Part shown: positions 11,225 through 22,445 of the stretch, one piece after another
Layout of the letters: every line of letters begins with the position of its first letter
Numbering within the stretch: position 1 is the first letter of the stretch
Assembly (NCBI RefSeq): GCF_001194135.2
Contig: NC_068982.1
Location: 163,791,886-163,855,885 of the forward strand
Direction of reading: 5' to 3'
DNA: 64,000 nt
Source of the DNA: Octopus bimaculoides
Lineage: Eukaryota
Notes under the pieces: generated by a model
What the model saw: only the letters and a program-made list of their open reading frames with translations
What the model was told of the DNA's origin: nothing
Databases searched by the model: none
Translations under genes and position numbers: made by a program

Positions 11225-11828
11225 NNNNNNNNNNNNNNNNNNNNNNNNNNNNNNNNNNNNNNNNNNNNNNNNNNNNNNNNNNNNNNNNNNNNNNNNNNNN
11301 NNNNNNNNNNNNNNNNNNNNNNNNNNNNNNNNNNNNNNNNNNNNNNNNNNNNNNNNNNNNNNNNNNNNNNNNNNNNNNNNNNNNNNNNNNNNNNNNNNNN
11401 NNNNNNNNNNNNNNNNNNNNNNNNNNNNNNNNNNNNNNNNNNNNNNNNNNNNNNNNNNNNNNNNNNNNNNNNNNNNNNNNNNNNNNNNNNNNNNNNNNNN
11501 NNNNNNNNNNNNNNNNNNNNNNNNNNNNNNNNNNNNNNNNNNNNNNNNNNNNNNNNNNNNNNNNNNNNNNNNNNNNNNNNNNNNNNNNNNNNNNNNNNNN
11601 NNNNNNNNNNNNNNNNNNNNNNNNNNNNNNNNNNNNNNNNNNNNNNNNNNNNNNNNNNNNNNNNNNNNNNNNNNNNNNNNNNNNNNNNNNNNNNNNNNNN
11701 NNNNNNNNNNNNNNNNNNNNNNNNNNNNNNNNNNNNNNNNNNNNNNNNNNNNNNNNNNNNNNNNNNNNNNNNNNNNNNNNNNNNNNNNNNNNNNNNNNNN
11801 NNNNNNNNNNNNNNNNNNNNNNNNNNNN
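11225..11828. other. Assembly gap (others at 15665-16354, 31521-31530, 33547-33556, 38104-38709, 44186-44279 and 52713-53090)
   Basis: Runs of N, mostly flanked by TA/CA/CAT microsatellites. Confidence 0.99.
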
Positions 11829-12630
11829 ATCTGTGTGTATATATGTGTGTGATTGTGTTATTTTGTGGGTATGTAGTGTGTGTATGTATGTATGCATGCA
11901 TGAATGTATAGGTATTTCTATTTGCATGTGTTTATGTTGGTATGTATATATGCATGTATGCATGGATGTATATATGTGTGTGATTGTGTCAGTTTGTGTA
12001 TATGTATGTGTGTGTATAATTGTATGAATATACTGGTGCATTCTTTGAGATTCATTTTTATCCCTTTGAAGAATTCAAGCCAGTCACTCACAAAATGGCA
12101 TGGCTCTTTTGTTTAAGTTGAAACAATTCCTGATGTTGGTGTGTATGGGAATAAGTTATAGTGTACATATACATAGGTGCAAGTATTAGATAAATTTGCA
12201 CTTTTGCTATGGGTGTGTAATTCCTTATTGTGCATGTAATTCATTACTGCTTCTGTGCATGTGTGTAGTGTGTGTAGTGTGTATGTGTTCATGTGTATTC
12301 CATACACAGGTATGATTCTATGCATATGTTCAATTCAGGAAACTCAACAAGAAAATCCCTGGCGTATTTTACAAATTTCCACAGTACCATTAATTGTTAG
12401 TATTTGAAGAATGGGAATCATTTTGCTTTGTTCTTTCTTGAGAATCAGCTTGTTGTTATAGAGTCCAGCACACCTATGACAATAGGTACAATTGAGAATA
12501 TATAGCCTTGATATAAGAGCTATAAAGTTTTTCATGAATTGCTGTGTCAGGCAATTGATCTCTACAATAGTGCAGGTTTTTTTGCATTCTGTGTCATAAA
12601 GCAATATGTGGTTTCGTGTATGTATGTATG

Positions 12631-12664
<34 letters not shown>

Positions 12665-14283
12665 TGTATGTATGTATATATGTATGTATATATGTATGTA
12701 TGTATGTATATATGTATGTATGTATGAAACATCAGAACCATCACCTTAGAACCATCAGATGCCATGGTGGTTCTAATGTGTAGGTACAGGAGGTGGTCAA
12801 ACTCTGCATAAGGAGTAGACAACCACCATGCATGCATGCATGCATGCATGTATGTATGCCATTATTCAGTTTTATTTCAAGATTTCTTGCTAATAGAGAA
12901 AGATTTGGTTTCTAACTTAGATTCAAGGCACCATCATTGGAATTTCAACATCATCAACAGAGTATTTTTGCATGCATGTGTATATGTGTGCAGTTTTCGA
13001 AGTCAGTGCACATGCAAATTTGTATGTTTTGTTTTATATATTCTCATGCACATATTTATATGTCTAGACATATGCATATATACTTAATGGTAAACTTCTG
13101 GAAAGTTTTACAAATTTTCGAACCATCATCCTACAGAATGTGCTACGGGCCAACTGACCAAGCATATTTGGCGGTGTCAACAATTTAAATACTGATGACT
13201 TAATCATGCAGCTGGTTGTACTGGGTTACATGTTACCAGATGTCTCTTTATGGTGCTTTCATGTGTCATTCCATCTACTGAGAGTCCTGTGGCAAAGAAA
13301 GGATGGTGCCATGTGCAGACCTACCCAATTGGAAGTGTATGATTATACAGATCTGGGCTGAATAGTTATCTGAGTTGTCATGGATGGAAAGTCAGAAATG
13401 CCATTAACAAGGAAGAAGCACAAAGAGACAACATTCACTTGAGAAGATGAAGCAATCACCATATGATGTGTATATGGGTATGTATATGTGTGTGTATGCC
13501 TGTATGTATCTTTTGCTGTTGTATATTGACAAAAAAATGTAAACATTAGTAATAAGTGGTGCTCTATGAATGAAATTCTTTGTGTTTCCATAGTTTTCTT
13601 TGAGTTACAACCATTCCCTTGTAACTCTCACAGCTAGAAAAGAAATGAATTGGTGATTGATTCACTGCAAACCTGTAACCATCCATGTCATTGCTCACAC
13701 ATTGTGTTATGAAACCAAAATATTAAATAAGACATGAGAAGAAATGAACAGGTAAGCTTTGAAAATGCTAAGCCTAATAGAGAATGCAGGAATGAGATAA
13801 TTGGAGATGTGCTTTGTTAAGTCCAACTATGCTAGGCCAAGTCACCATTGAAAAGTAGATATTATAATAACAACAACAATGACAATGATGTTGACAGAAG
13901 TTGTGGTGGCAGCAGTGAAGGTGACAACAGTAGCAACTATGATAATTCTGCATTATTATTTTGGTTCAAACTTCTAAGCTCAATACGACCAAGTTCAAGA
14001 AAATCCATTCTTTAACCACTTCATGATGTCATATCTCCAGATCCAGTTACCCATATTGTTACCATAGAATCAGTTCCTAATCTAATTAGAATATTCTTTA
14101 TATGTGCATTTATGGGAGACCATTTTATCTCTTGATTCTTTTCCCAATTCTTCTTGCCTCTTTCTTAGCCTTTCTCTGTCAAATGGAAGTTATTGCAAAC
14201 AGTCACAGCATTGATAAACATATATCTATATCGCTCTATCTGCCTGTCATTATTTAACATCCATTTTTTCATATTGGCATGGG

Positions 14284-14436
14284 TTGCTTCCCAACCACAT
14301 GGTTCCAGGTTCAGTCCCACTGTGTGGCACCTTCGGCAAGTGTCTTCTACTATAACTTCAGGCTTGTGAGTGGATTTGGTAGATGAAAACTGAAAGAATA
14401 TGTTTATATTTGTGTCTGTGTTTGTTCCCCCACCAT
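14284..14436 (+). mobile_element. SINE family A fragment
   Basis: CCAACCACATGGTTCCAGGTTCAGTCCCACTGTGTGGCACCTTCGGCAAGTGTCTTCTACTATA (B-box plus CORE-like segment). Confidence 0.85.
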
Positions 14437-14564
14437 ATATTACTTCTACAGCAACGAATCTTTTCTTATCTCTTCTATCATACTGTGATCTCTCAACACC
14501 TCACATAAAGCTACCTCTCACTATTTGACTCTCTCTCAGTCGAAGGAGCAAGTTAACATAGTAA

Positions 14565-14765
14565 CCTCATGAATGCAGATACAACAAAGAACCCCCTATA
14601 CAGTCTGTAAAGTGGTCAGTGTAAAAAGGAACATCCAGTTGTAGAAACCATGCAAAAATTGAGACGAAGAGGTAAAATAAGGTCCTCTGATTTGGACCAT
14701 TGAACCCATGCTAGTATGGAAGACAAACATGTCATGAATATGACAGTGATGCTGATGATGATATG
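14565..14765 (+). mobile_element. Degenerate RTE-type 3' tail
   Basis: GTAAAGTGGTCAGTGTAAAAAGGAACATCCAGTTGTAGAAACCATG...AACCCATGCTAGTATGGAAG...GATGATG. Confidence 0.55.
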
Positions 14766-15000
14766 TTTATATTTAAAGTGTAAATATAGAAACATTGAGT
14801 TATAGAAACATTGAGTAATAAAAGTATTGAGTAATATGTAAATAATGCATCTGAAAACAAATTCAGTTTAAATAACAACTTCTAAAACATTGGATTAAAA
14901 ATCCCTTAGTTGAGGTAAAAAGTGGAAAACTGATTGTAGGACTTATACCACTTATTTTTTTGTAACCCAAACAGATATGCTATGAATCACATTAAAACAA

Positions 15001-15068
15001 CCTTTTGACCTTCAGCTATCCAAATTAGACATGTTCATCTCTAATTTGGATAGCTGAAAGCCAGAAGG
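15001..15068. repeat. Inverted repeat with perfect 19-bp arms (TTCAGCTATCCAAATTAGA / TCTAATTTGGATAGCTGAA)
   Basis: Arms at 15011-15029 and 15040-15058; imperfect pairing extends to 15001/15068. Confidence 0.95.
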
Positions 15069-16355
15069 TGGTTAATATGTCTGTCTGGATTATAGATGTG
15101 TGGTATGTATCCTGCAGGTAATTTCCCTCCTTTTCCTGTCCAAGGTTTTTTTTTTTTATCTCAATCTCTTCTAAGCTGTCACACACTAAAAATTTTGCAT
15201 ATGGTTTATGGCCAGAATAGCCAACAGTATTCTTGATGCTTTGGGATAAATATTACTTTAAATTAATTTATATTAATTATGTATCTCAATTATGTAATTA
15301 CAAAGTTAATGATGTTTTTTAAGTAATGAACCAGCTATTGAAAGTAATTAAATTATGATCAGTGAAATTGATGCTTTTTGCTGTTTATTCTGAATATACG
15401 TTGCTCTTAAGAGTTGTTTTAGCTGATTATGTATACACACGCAAGCTTCTTCCACTAGATTCACTGCAATGTTATAACATGTTGGAATTTAATGACCTAT
15501 TATTTATTTGAACTTTTAATTACCGTGGATGTATTTATTTATTTTTTTTTTTTACAGTATCACTTTATATAGGTGTATACATACACATATACATAGAGGC
15601 AATTATGCAGATAAACAATTTAAATATAACAGCTTGGGTTTGATATACAATATATATATATATANNNNNNNNNNNNNNNNNNNNNNNNNNNNNNNNNNNN
15701 NNNNNNNNNNNNNNNNNNNNNNNNNNNNNNNNNNNNNNNNNNNNNNNNNNNNNNNNNNNNNNNNNNNNNNNNNNNNNNNNNNNNNNNNNNNNNNNNNNNN
15801 NNNNNNNNNNNNNNNNNNNNNNNNNNNNNNNNNNNNNNNNNNNNNNNNNNNNNNNNNNNNNNNNNNNNNNNNNNNNNNNNNNNNNNNNNNNNNNNNNNNN
15901 NNNNNNNNNNNNNNNNNNNNNNNNNNNNNNNNNNNNNNNNNNNNNNNNNNNNNNNNNNNNNNNNNNNNNNNNNNNNNNNNNNNNNNNNNNNNNNNNNNNN
16001 NNNNNNNNNNNNNNNNNNNNNNNNNNNNNNNNNNNNNNNNNNNNNNNNNNNNNNNNNNNNNNNNNNNNNNNNNNNNNNNNNNNNNNNNNNNNNNNNNNNN
16101 NNNNNNNNNNNNNNNNNNNNNNNNNNNNNNNNNNNNNNNNNNNNNNNNNNNNNNNNNNNNNNNNNNNNNNNNNNNNNNNNNNNNNNNNNNNNNNNNNNNN
16201 NNNNNNNNNNNNNNNNNNNNNNNNNNNNNNNNNNNNNNNNNNNNNNNNNNNNNNNNNNNNNNNNNNNNNNNNNNNNNNNNNNNNNNNNNNNNNNNNNNNN
16301 NNNNNNNNNNNNNNNNNNNNNNNNNNNNNNNNNNNNNNNNNNNNNNNNNNNNNNG

Positions 16356-16389
<34 letters not shown>

Positions 16390-16395
16390 CACACA

Positions 16396-16430
<35 letters not shown>

Positions 16431-16449
16431 TAAAAGAATTACATCTAGC

Positions 16450-16662
16450 AATCAATGGACACATTGGTCCAGTCCTAGCCAAAATCAAAATATTCAGTGT
16501 CCTCATTGTGACTTCATAGCAAAGTCCGTATCCGGACTCAAATTGCATCCATGTATCCATGGTAAATAGATGCAGCTTCTTTTATTTAAAAATTATTTTA
16601 AAAATCCTCTCCTTCAACGACTCCCATGATGAAATCAATGGGAATGACCATCATATCTAATT
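16450..16662 (+). mobile_element. Probable LINE 3' end with one C-terminal C2H2 finger
   Basis: CPHCDFIAKSVSGLKLHPCIH (C-x2-C-x12-H-x3-H) then a stop at 16567-16569. The ..SxxGLKxH pattern is shared with the fingers at 36817-37128. Confidence 0.5.
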
Positions 16663-16664
16663 AC

Positions 16665-17058
16665 ATTCTTTTATTCTTTAACTTGTTTCAGTAATTTTGA
16701 CTGTGGCCATGCTGGAGTATGCCTTTTTAGTTGAAGAAATCGCCCCCTGGACTTATTCTTTATAAGCCTGTTACTTAATCTATCAGTCTCTTTTGCTGAA
16801 CCGCTAAGTTATAGAAATGTAAACACATCAACATCAGTTGTTGAAGTGATGGTGGAGGAACAAACACAGACACATACACACAAATATATACATTCGACAG
16901 GCTTCTTTCAATTTCTGTCTACGAAATCCATTCACAAAGCTGTAGTCAGCTTGAGGCTATAGTAGAAGACACTTGCCCAAGGTGCCACACAGTTGGAACT
17001 GAACCTGGAACCATGTGGTTTGGAAGCAAGCTTCTTACCACACAGCTACGCCTGCACC
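16665..17058 (-). mobile_element. SINE family A, full length
   Basis: Runs from tail TTTTAACTTGTTTCAGT through (CA)n to head CCATGTGGTTTGGAAGCAAGCTTCTTACCACACAGCTACGCCTGCACCT. Confidence 0.9.
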
Positions 17059-17069
17059 TGCACACATAT

Positions 17070-17392
17070 ATATGAACTGGCACTCCATTGGCTATGATGA
17101 TGAGGGTTCCAGCTGATCCAGTCAACAGAACAACCTGCTCATGATATTAACATGTAAGTAGCCGAGCACTCTAGAGACACGTGTTCCCTTAATGTAGTTC
17201 ACAAAGAGATTCAGTGTAACACAGAGTGAGTAAAGACTAGCTCCTTTGAAAGACAGGTACAATTCATTTTTGCTGAGTGGACTGGAGTAATGTGAAATAA
17301 AGTGTCTTGTTCAAGGACACAACGAGTGGCCAGAAATTGAACTCATGACCTTACGATTATGGGTTGAATGCCCTAACTACCAAACCATATAC

Positions 17393-17395
<3 letters not shown>
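17070..17395 (-). mobile_element. SINE family C
   Basis: GAGGGTTCCAGCTGATCC...GAGCACTCTAGAGACACGTG...CTTGTTCAAGGACACAAC...GAACTCATGACCTTACGATT...CCCTAACTACC. Confidence 0.8.
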
Positions 17396-17444
<49 letters not shown>

Positions 17445-17650
17445 AAACCACCTAAGTTATAAACTCCTTAAACAAGTTTAACCCTTGCCTGAAATTGAAT
17501 GACTCAATGAAGGGCAATAACACAGTATTATTTTATGATATAACATATAAAACAAAACCTCCATGAATCTTGAATTCTCTAAACCAGTTTAACCTTATGA
17601 GATCTGGAATCTCAATGAAGGGCAACTCTGAAATCAAAGGAAAACAAGAT

Positions 17651-17716
<66 letters not shown>

Positions 17717-17721
<5 letters not shown>

Positions 17722-17994
17722 CTCAAAGAAATTCCAACTTCATCTGATTTTCATGTTTTATGTACAATCTTATAAATAATATAATATAAGATTATATAAT
17801 ATAATGAAAGGATAGAATACTAAATGTCCATTCTGATTGAACTAATACTTTCATGCATTAAACCATGTGATCTTAAGGTTCATAAAGTAGAGGTGACAGT
17901 TATGTCTTAGAATTATATTATCTTATATTATATTATTATAATTTTGTAAATAAAACATGAAAATCAGACAAACTTGGAATTTCTTTGAGTAATA
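17717..17994. mobile_element. MITE, 278 bp, TIRs of at least 51 bp with TA ends
   Basis: TATTACTCAAAGAAATTCCAACTTCATCTGATTTTCATGTTTTATGTACAA versus the reverse complement of 17944-17994: 47/51 identical; AT-rich symmetry continues about 30 bp inward. Confidence 0.85.
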
Positions 17995-18009
17995 CATTCT
18001 TCTATTCTT

Positions 18010-18335
18010 CGGACTCCAGTCTGATTTGGCATGGTTTCTACAGCTGGATGCCCTTCCTAACACCAACCACTCTCAGAGTGTAATGGCTGCTTTTACATGC
18101 CACTGGCATGGGTGCCATTTGCATGACACCGGTATCTGCCACAATTGCTATTTTGCTCAGCTTGATGTGTCTTCCCAAACATGACATAATGCCAAAGATC
18201 TCAGTCATTGCCTCCGTGAGGTTGAACCCTCGAAAGGAACTCAGCCACTTTGCCTATGTGAGGCCCAACGCCTGAAAGGAACTCACCTCTGTGAGGCCCA
18301 ACGCCTGAAAGGAACTTACCTCTGTGTGGCCCAAT
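18010..18335 (-). mobile_element. RTE LINE 3' fragment with an internal 33-bp tandem repeat
   Basis: CAGCTGGATGCCCTTCCTAACACCAACCACTC UTR. Repeat units CCTCTGTGAGGCCCAACGCCTGAAAGGAACTCA start at 18253, 18286 and 18319. Confidence 0.8.
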
Positions 18336-18505
18336 GCATGAGCCTAGATGAGATGCAGTTTGGTTTTGTGCTTAGTAGAAATACTGCTGATGCTCTCTTT
18401 CTAATGAAGTAATTGCAGAAGTATTTATCCAAAAGTAAATCACTGTACCTGGTATTCATTAATCTAGAGAAATCCTTCAGCAAGTTCCTTTACCCCCTGA
18501 TCAGG
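18336..18505 (+). mobile_element. RTE reverse transcriptase fragment (opposite orientation)
   Basis: Translates as SLDEMQFGFVLSRNTADALFLMK*LQKYLSKSKSLYLVFINLEKSF (QFGF...STTDAIF...Y..F.DLEKAF motifs). Confidence 0.85.
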
Positions 18506-18619
18506 GCTAAGTGTCTTGTCAAATTCCACTGATCCGTCTTCATCTAATTTATTTCCTTTCTTCCTTTATTTTTCTTGGACAAATGTGGTTAGTAGTAAGT
18601 GCTTACTTCAAATTCGTAT

Positions 18620-19011
18620 GAGGGTTGTTGTTGTTGGCACTCCAGCGCTTACGATGTCGAGGGTTCCAGTTGATCTGATCAATGAAACATCCTGCTCATG
18701 AAATTAACGTGCAAGTGGCTGAGCACTCCACAGACACGTGTACCCTTAACGTAGTTCTCGGGGATATTCAGCATGACACAGTGTGACAAGGCTGGCCCTT
18801 TGAAATACAGGTACCACAGAAACAGGAAGTAAGAGTGAGAGAAAGTTGTGGTGAAAGAGTACAGCAGGGTTCGCCACCATCCCCTGCCGGAGCCTCATGA
18901 AGCTTTAGGTGTTTTCGCTCAATAAACACTCACAATGCCCGATCTGGGAATGGAAACCGCGATCCTATGACCGCGAGTCCGCTGCCCTAACCACTGGGCC
19001 ATTGTGCCTCC
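18620..19011 (-). mobile_element. SINE family C, well preserved, tRNA-like head
   Basis: Head on the minus strand: GGAGGCACAATGGCCCAGTGGTTAGGGCAGCGGACTCGCGGTCATAGGATCGCGGTTTCCATTCCCAGA. Confidence 0.88.
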
Positions 19012-19249
19012 ACCCTATGAGAGTACTTACCAGCAAAACTGCAAAAGTAACCAGCATATTTCTTTTTGTAGTATTCTAAGAAGTTGATTCTGCCATGTAC
19101 TGTGAAGGAAAAGAATTGCTCAGTGCATGGAACTAAATGTGTAATTGTCAACATGGTAATGAGATGGTTTTAATAGAAATCAATGAAACATTTGTAAACT
19201 AAGCAATAAATGCAATTTGTGAACTCCATTCTCCAATGTTTTTACATTA

Positions 19250-19254
<5 letters not shown>

Positions 19255-19284
<30 letters not shown>

Positions 19285-19445
19285 TTACAGTGGACATCTC
19301 TCAGTTTCCATCTATTAGATCCACTTGTCAGGCTTTGGTCAGTAATAGTAAAAGACATTTATCCAAGATGCTGTGCAGCGGAGCTGAACACAAAATGATG
19401 CCATTGAGAAGGAGAATTTCTTAACTATGCAGCCATGCTTGCACC
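19255..19445 (-). mobile_element. SINE family A fragment
   Basis: (CA)n...CAGTTTCCATCTATTAGATCCACTTGTCAGGCTTTGGTCAG...AAGACATTTATCCAAGATGC. Confidence 0.7.
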
Positions 19446-20498
19446 TGTATACATTTATGCATATATAAAGTCACTTACACACACATATGTATATATATGT
19501 ATATGTTCATACATAAACATATGTATATACATATACATATGTATATACATATATATGCACATACATATTGACAATATACTTAAATTCAGACATGCATATA
19601 CAAATATTTACATATATCCAGATACGTGTTTTTACAAGTATACACATATAAACAAACATTTTCGCACCCACATTCATATACACACACCTACAAAAAAAAA
19701 AAAACGAAAAAGAAAAATTCCAAATGAAATAAGAAAATTGAAAGAAGGCAAAGTTTCTAGGGAATTATTCTAACATGGAAAGTTCTCTTTCTTTCATTTT
19801 CTCCCCTCATCTTGCTCTTCATTTGGCTCTTTGTGTCTTTTATTCTGTTCTTACCCTGCTCCTTATCTGGCTCTTTCTGTCTTTTGTTCTCCTTTCACCC
19901 TACTACCCATCTGTCTCTCCCTCCCTTCTGCTCTCTCCTTACCCTGCTCCTTATCTATTCCACTCTTTCTCTTCTGTTGTCTGCTGGTTCTTAAAGATTG
20001 ATTCTTGGCAACCTGGCAGACATTATCCACTTAGCACTTTGTGATTCATGAAAACATAGCACCAATCTTTGTACAAATATGTGTATGTATGTGTGACATG
20101 TTTGGTTAGACAGAGTTCTAATTAAATAAAAGCAACAGCTCCGGAATTTGGTTGTAGTTTATTACCTGAGCTGAATAATTAGTTGCTTTATTAAACTTAC
20201 TCAATTACTTGGCAACTGCAATACTAATATACACACATCAACGAGTGTGTATATATATATGTGTGTGTGTGTGTTTGTATTTCGTTTGTGTGTGAATAAG
20301 TGTATTCACACACATATATATGTGCATGTAAAACTATCTATTTATTGGCTCACACATAGACATACATCATGAACATAGAAATCAAAAACATGCACACACA
20401 CACATGTGCGTGCAACATACATACACACAGACATACACACATACACACACAGACACACATACATACACACACACACAAATATATTTATTATAAGTTTA

Positions 20499-20642
20499 GG
20501 TATGGCTATGAAGCTAAGAAGTTAGCTTTGCAATCTCATGGTCTTTGGTTCAGTCCCATCTTGGGGAAGTATTTTCTTTTATATCCTCAGGCTGACCAAT
20601 GCCATATTAGGGAAATTGGTTGCTGGAAACTGTGCAGAATCC
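20499..20642 (+). mobile_element. Degenerate SINE family A head
   Basis: GGCTATGAAGCTAAGAAG...CATGGTCTTTGGTTCAGTCCCA...CAGGCTGACCAATGCC...GGAAACTGTGCAGAATCC. Confidence 0.6.
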
Positions 20643-20664
20643 CATTATATGTATATATATATTT

Positions 20665-20849
20665 GATGTCAGCACCACATGACTGGCTTCCGTGCTAGTG
20701 GAGTGCTAAGAGCACCATCCGAGTGTGATTGTTGCCAGGGCCGCTGACTGTCCCCCATGCTGGTGGCATGTAAAAAGCACCATTCGAGCATGATCGTTAA
20801 CAGCATCGCCTTACTGGCACCTGTGCCAGTGGTACGTGAAAAACAACAA

Positions 20850-20850
<1 letters not shown>
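20665..20850 (+). mobile_element. Isolated RTE 3' UTR module array (three modules)
   Basis: Includes ATGCTGGTGGCATGTAAAAAGCACC at 20757-20781 and two variants. Confidence 0.8.
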
Positions 20851-20885
<35 letters not shown>

Positions 20886-21189
20886 TTAATATCCTTTGTC
20901 CATATAATATAGTACAACATTTCCCAGTTATTAACATGTTGATGCACAGATGAATCATAGTTAGGGTTAGAACTCCTGACTCTGAATATCCACTTGTTTG
21001 GCCAAGTGAACTACCATGCTCATTGTTTTAACATATAAATGGCTGAGTAATCCAAGAATATGTGTTCTTTTATGCTTATTCTCAGATGGAATCAGCAAGA
21101 CTGGGTGTGACAAGGATGGATCCTTGAATTCATCATAATCATTGTCATTATCATCATCATCATCATCATTGTTATTGTCATCATTGTTT

Positions 21190-21375
21190 AATATCATGCT
21201 CACTTCTCCATGTTTGCATGGGTTGAATAGCGGTTATTGAGGCCATTTTTACAGCCAGAAGCCCTTTCTATCGACAATCCCTATCTGGTTCCAAGCAAGT
21301 TAAGGATTTCTTCCCATGGCCAGATATGATTTTGTAGAATATTAGAAATGAATGACATTCATTTACAACACTCAC
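21190..21375 (-). mobile_element. Repeat family D with RTE-like tail (plus-strand copy at about 36455-36695; remnants near 35000 and 44100)
   Basis: CACTTCTCCATGTTTGCATGG...TTTTACAG...CCCTTTCTATCGACAATCCC...CCAAGCAAGT..GATTTCTTCCCATGGCCAGA mirrors TCTGGCCTTGGAGAAATGTTACCTTGTTTGGAAACAGG...CATGGAAAAGTGGACATTAAATGAT. Confidence 0.6.
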
Positions 21376-22039
21376 ATGATGCCAAAATATGAAGATACAA
21401 ACATACATACACTTGCACAAACTTACATACATATATACATACATAGTTGGCAACTTAAGAAATAATTAAGATTCAGTTGAATTAGGTACTTAAGTTGAGG
21501 TACCAAGTCAATCCAGTATGGTCTGCACAACTCGAAGTTAGGTGAATAAAAAGCAAATAAGTAACAAGGATGTCCAGGTATCACTGATACCTGGACATCC
21601 TTATTACTTATTTGCTTTTTATACATACATATATATATATATACATATATAAATAATATGTATATATGAAGTCATAAGAATTCATAAATCTTTGAGAGAA
21701 CAGGAATAATTCTTGTTTGGAATTGGTTCACAAAAAGCTATTAATAATAGCTTGTAAATATTGGGTTGTAAAACCCTTTTGGATAGAAAAAGTTGAAGGC
21801 TGCTTGTGGGACTTGAACTCACATCTCTTGTAAACTTGACAGGTATTCTCTCACTGTACCAAAGCAATCCTTGAATCTTTCTATACATTTTAGAGACCTT
21901 ATACTTACCAGGAAGAATTGTATATTGTTGATGTCAATAATTAAAAAACTTTTGAGAAAACATGGAATAATTCTCTTTTGGGAATCGGTTCTTGAAAAAT
22001 GATAGCATGAGAATATTGGTTTCAAATTTTAGCACAAAG

Positions 22040-22232
22040 CCAGCAATTTTGGGGGAGGGGTAAGTGGATTACATTGACTCCAGTGTTCAACTGGTCCTTA
22101 TTTTATCGACCCCAAAAGGTTGAAAAGCAAAGTGGACCTTGGTGGAATTTGAACTCTGAATGTAAAGATGGACAAAATGCCTCTAAGCATTTTGTCCGTT
22201 GTGCAAAAGATTCTGCCAACTCACTGCTTTGT
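22040..22232 (-). mobile_element. SINE family B
   Basis: TTTATCGACCCCAAAAGGTTGAAAAGCAAAGTGGACCTTGGTGGAATTTGAACTC...GATTCTGCCAACTCACTGC. Confidence 0.85.
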
Positions 22233-22304
22233 AGCATGTGAATATTAGATAGAAAAATGTTGTAGGCTACTTATGGGATTTGAACCCACATCTCCTGTAG
22301 ACAT

Positions 22305-22445
22305 TGCAGTGGGCTTCTTTCAGTTTCTGTCTACTAAATCCACTCACAAGGTTTTGGTCAGCCTAGGGCTATAATAGAAAGCACTGAACCTGAAACTGTA
22401 TGGTTGGGATGCAAACTTCTTAACCATTTGGTCATAGTGTACCTA
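22305..22445 (-). mobile_element. SINE family A fragment
   Basis: GGGCTTCTTTCAGTTTCTGTCTACTAAATCCACTCACAAGG...CTGAACCTGAAAC. Confidence 0.75.

Noticed and set aside
11128-16569. Long ORFs full of X (also at 37954-38743, 43927-44357 and 52492-53382)
   Set aside because: They are open only because N codons contain no stops.
18935-19011. Possible tRNA gene (also SINE heads at 3069, 9838 and 34270-34348)
   Set aside because: No complete cloverleaf, and each continues into a repeated SINE body.
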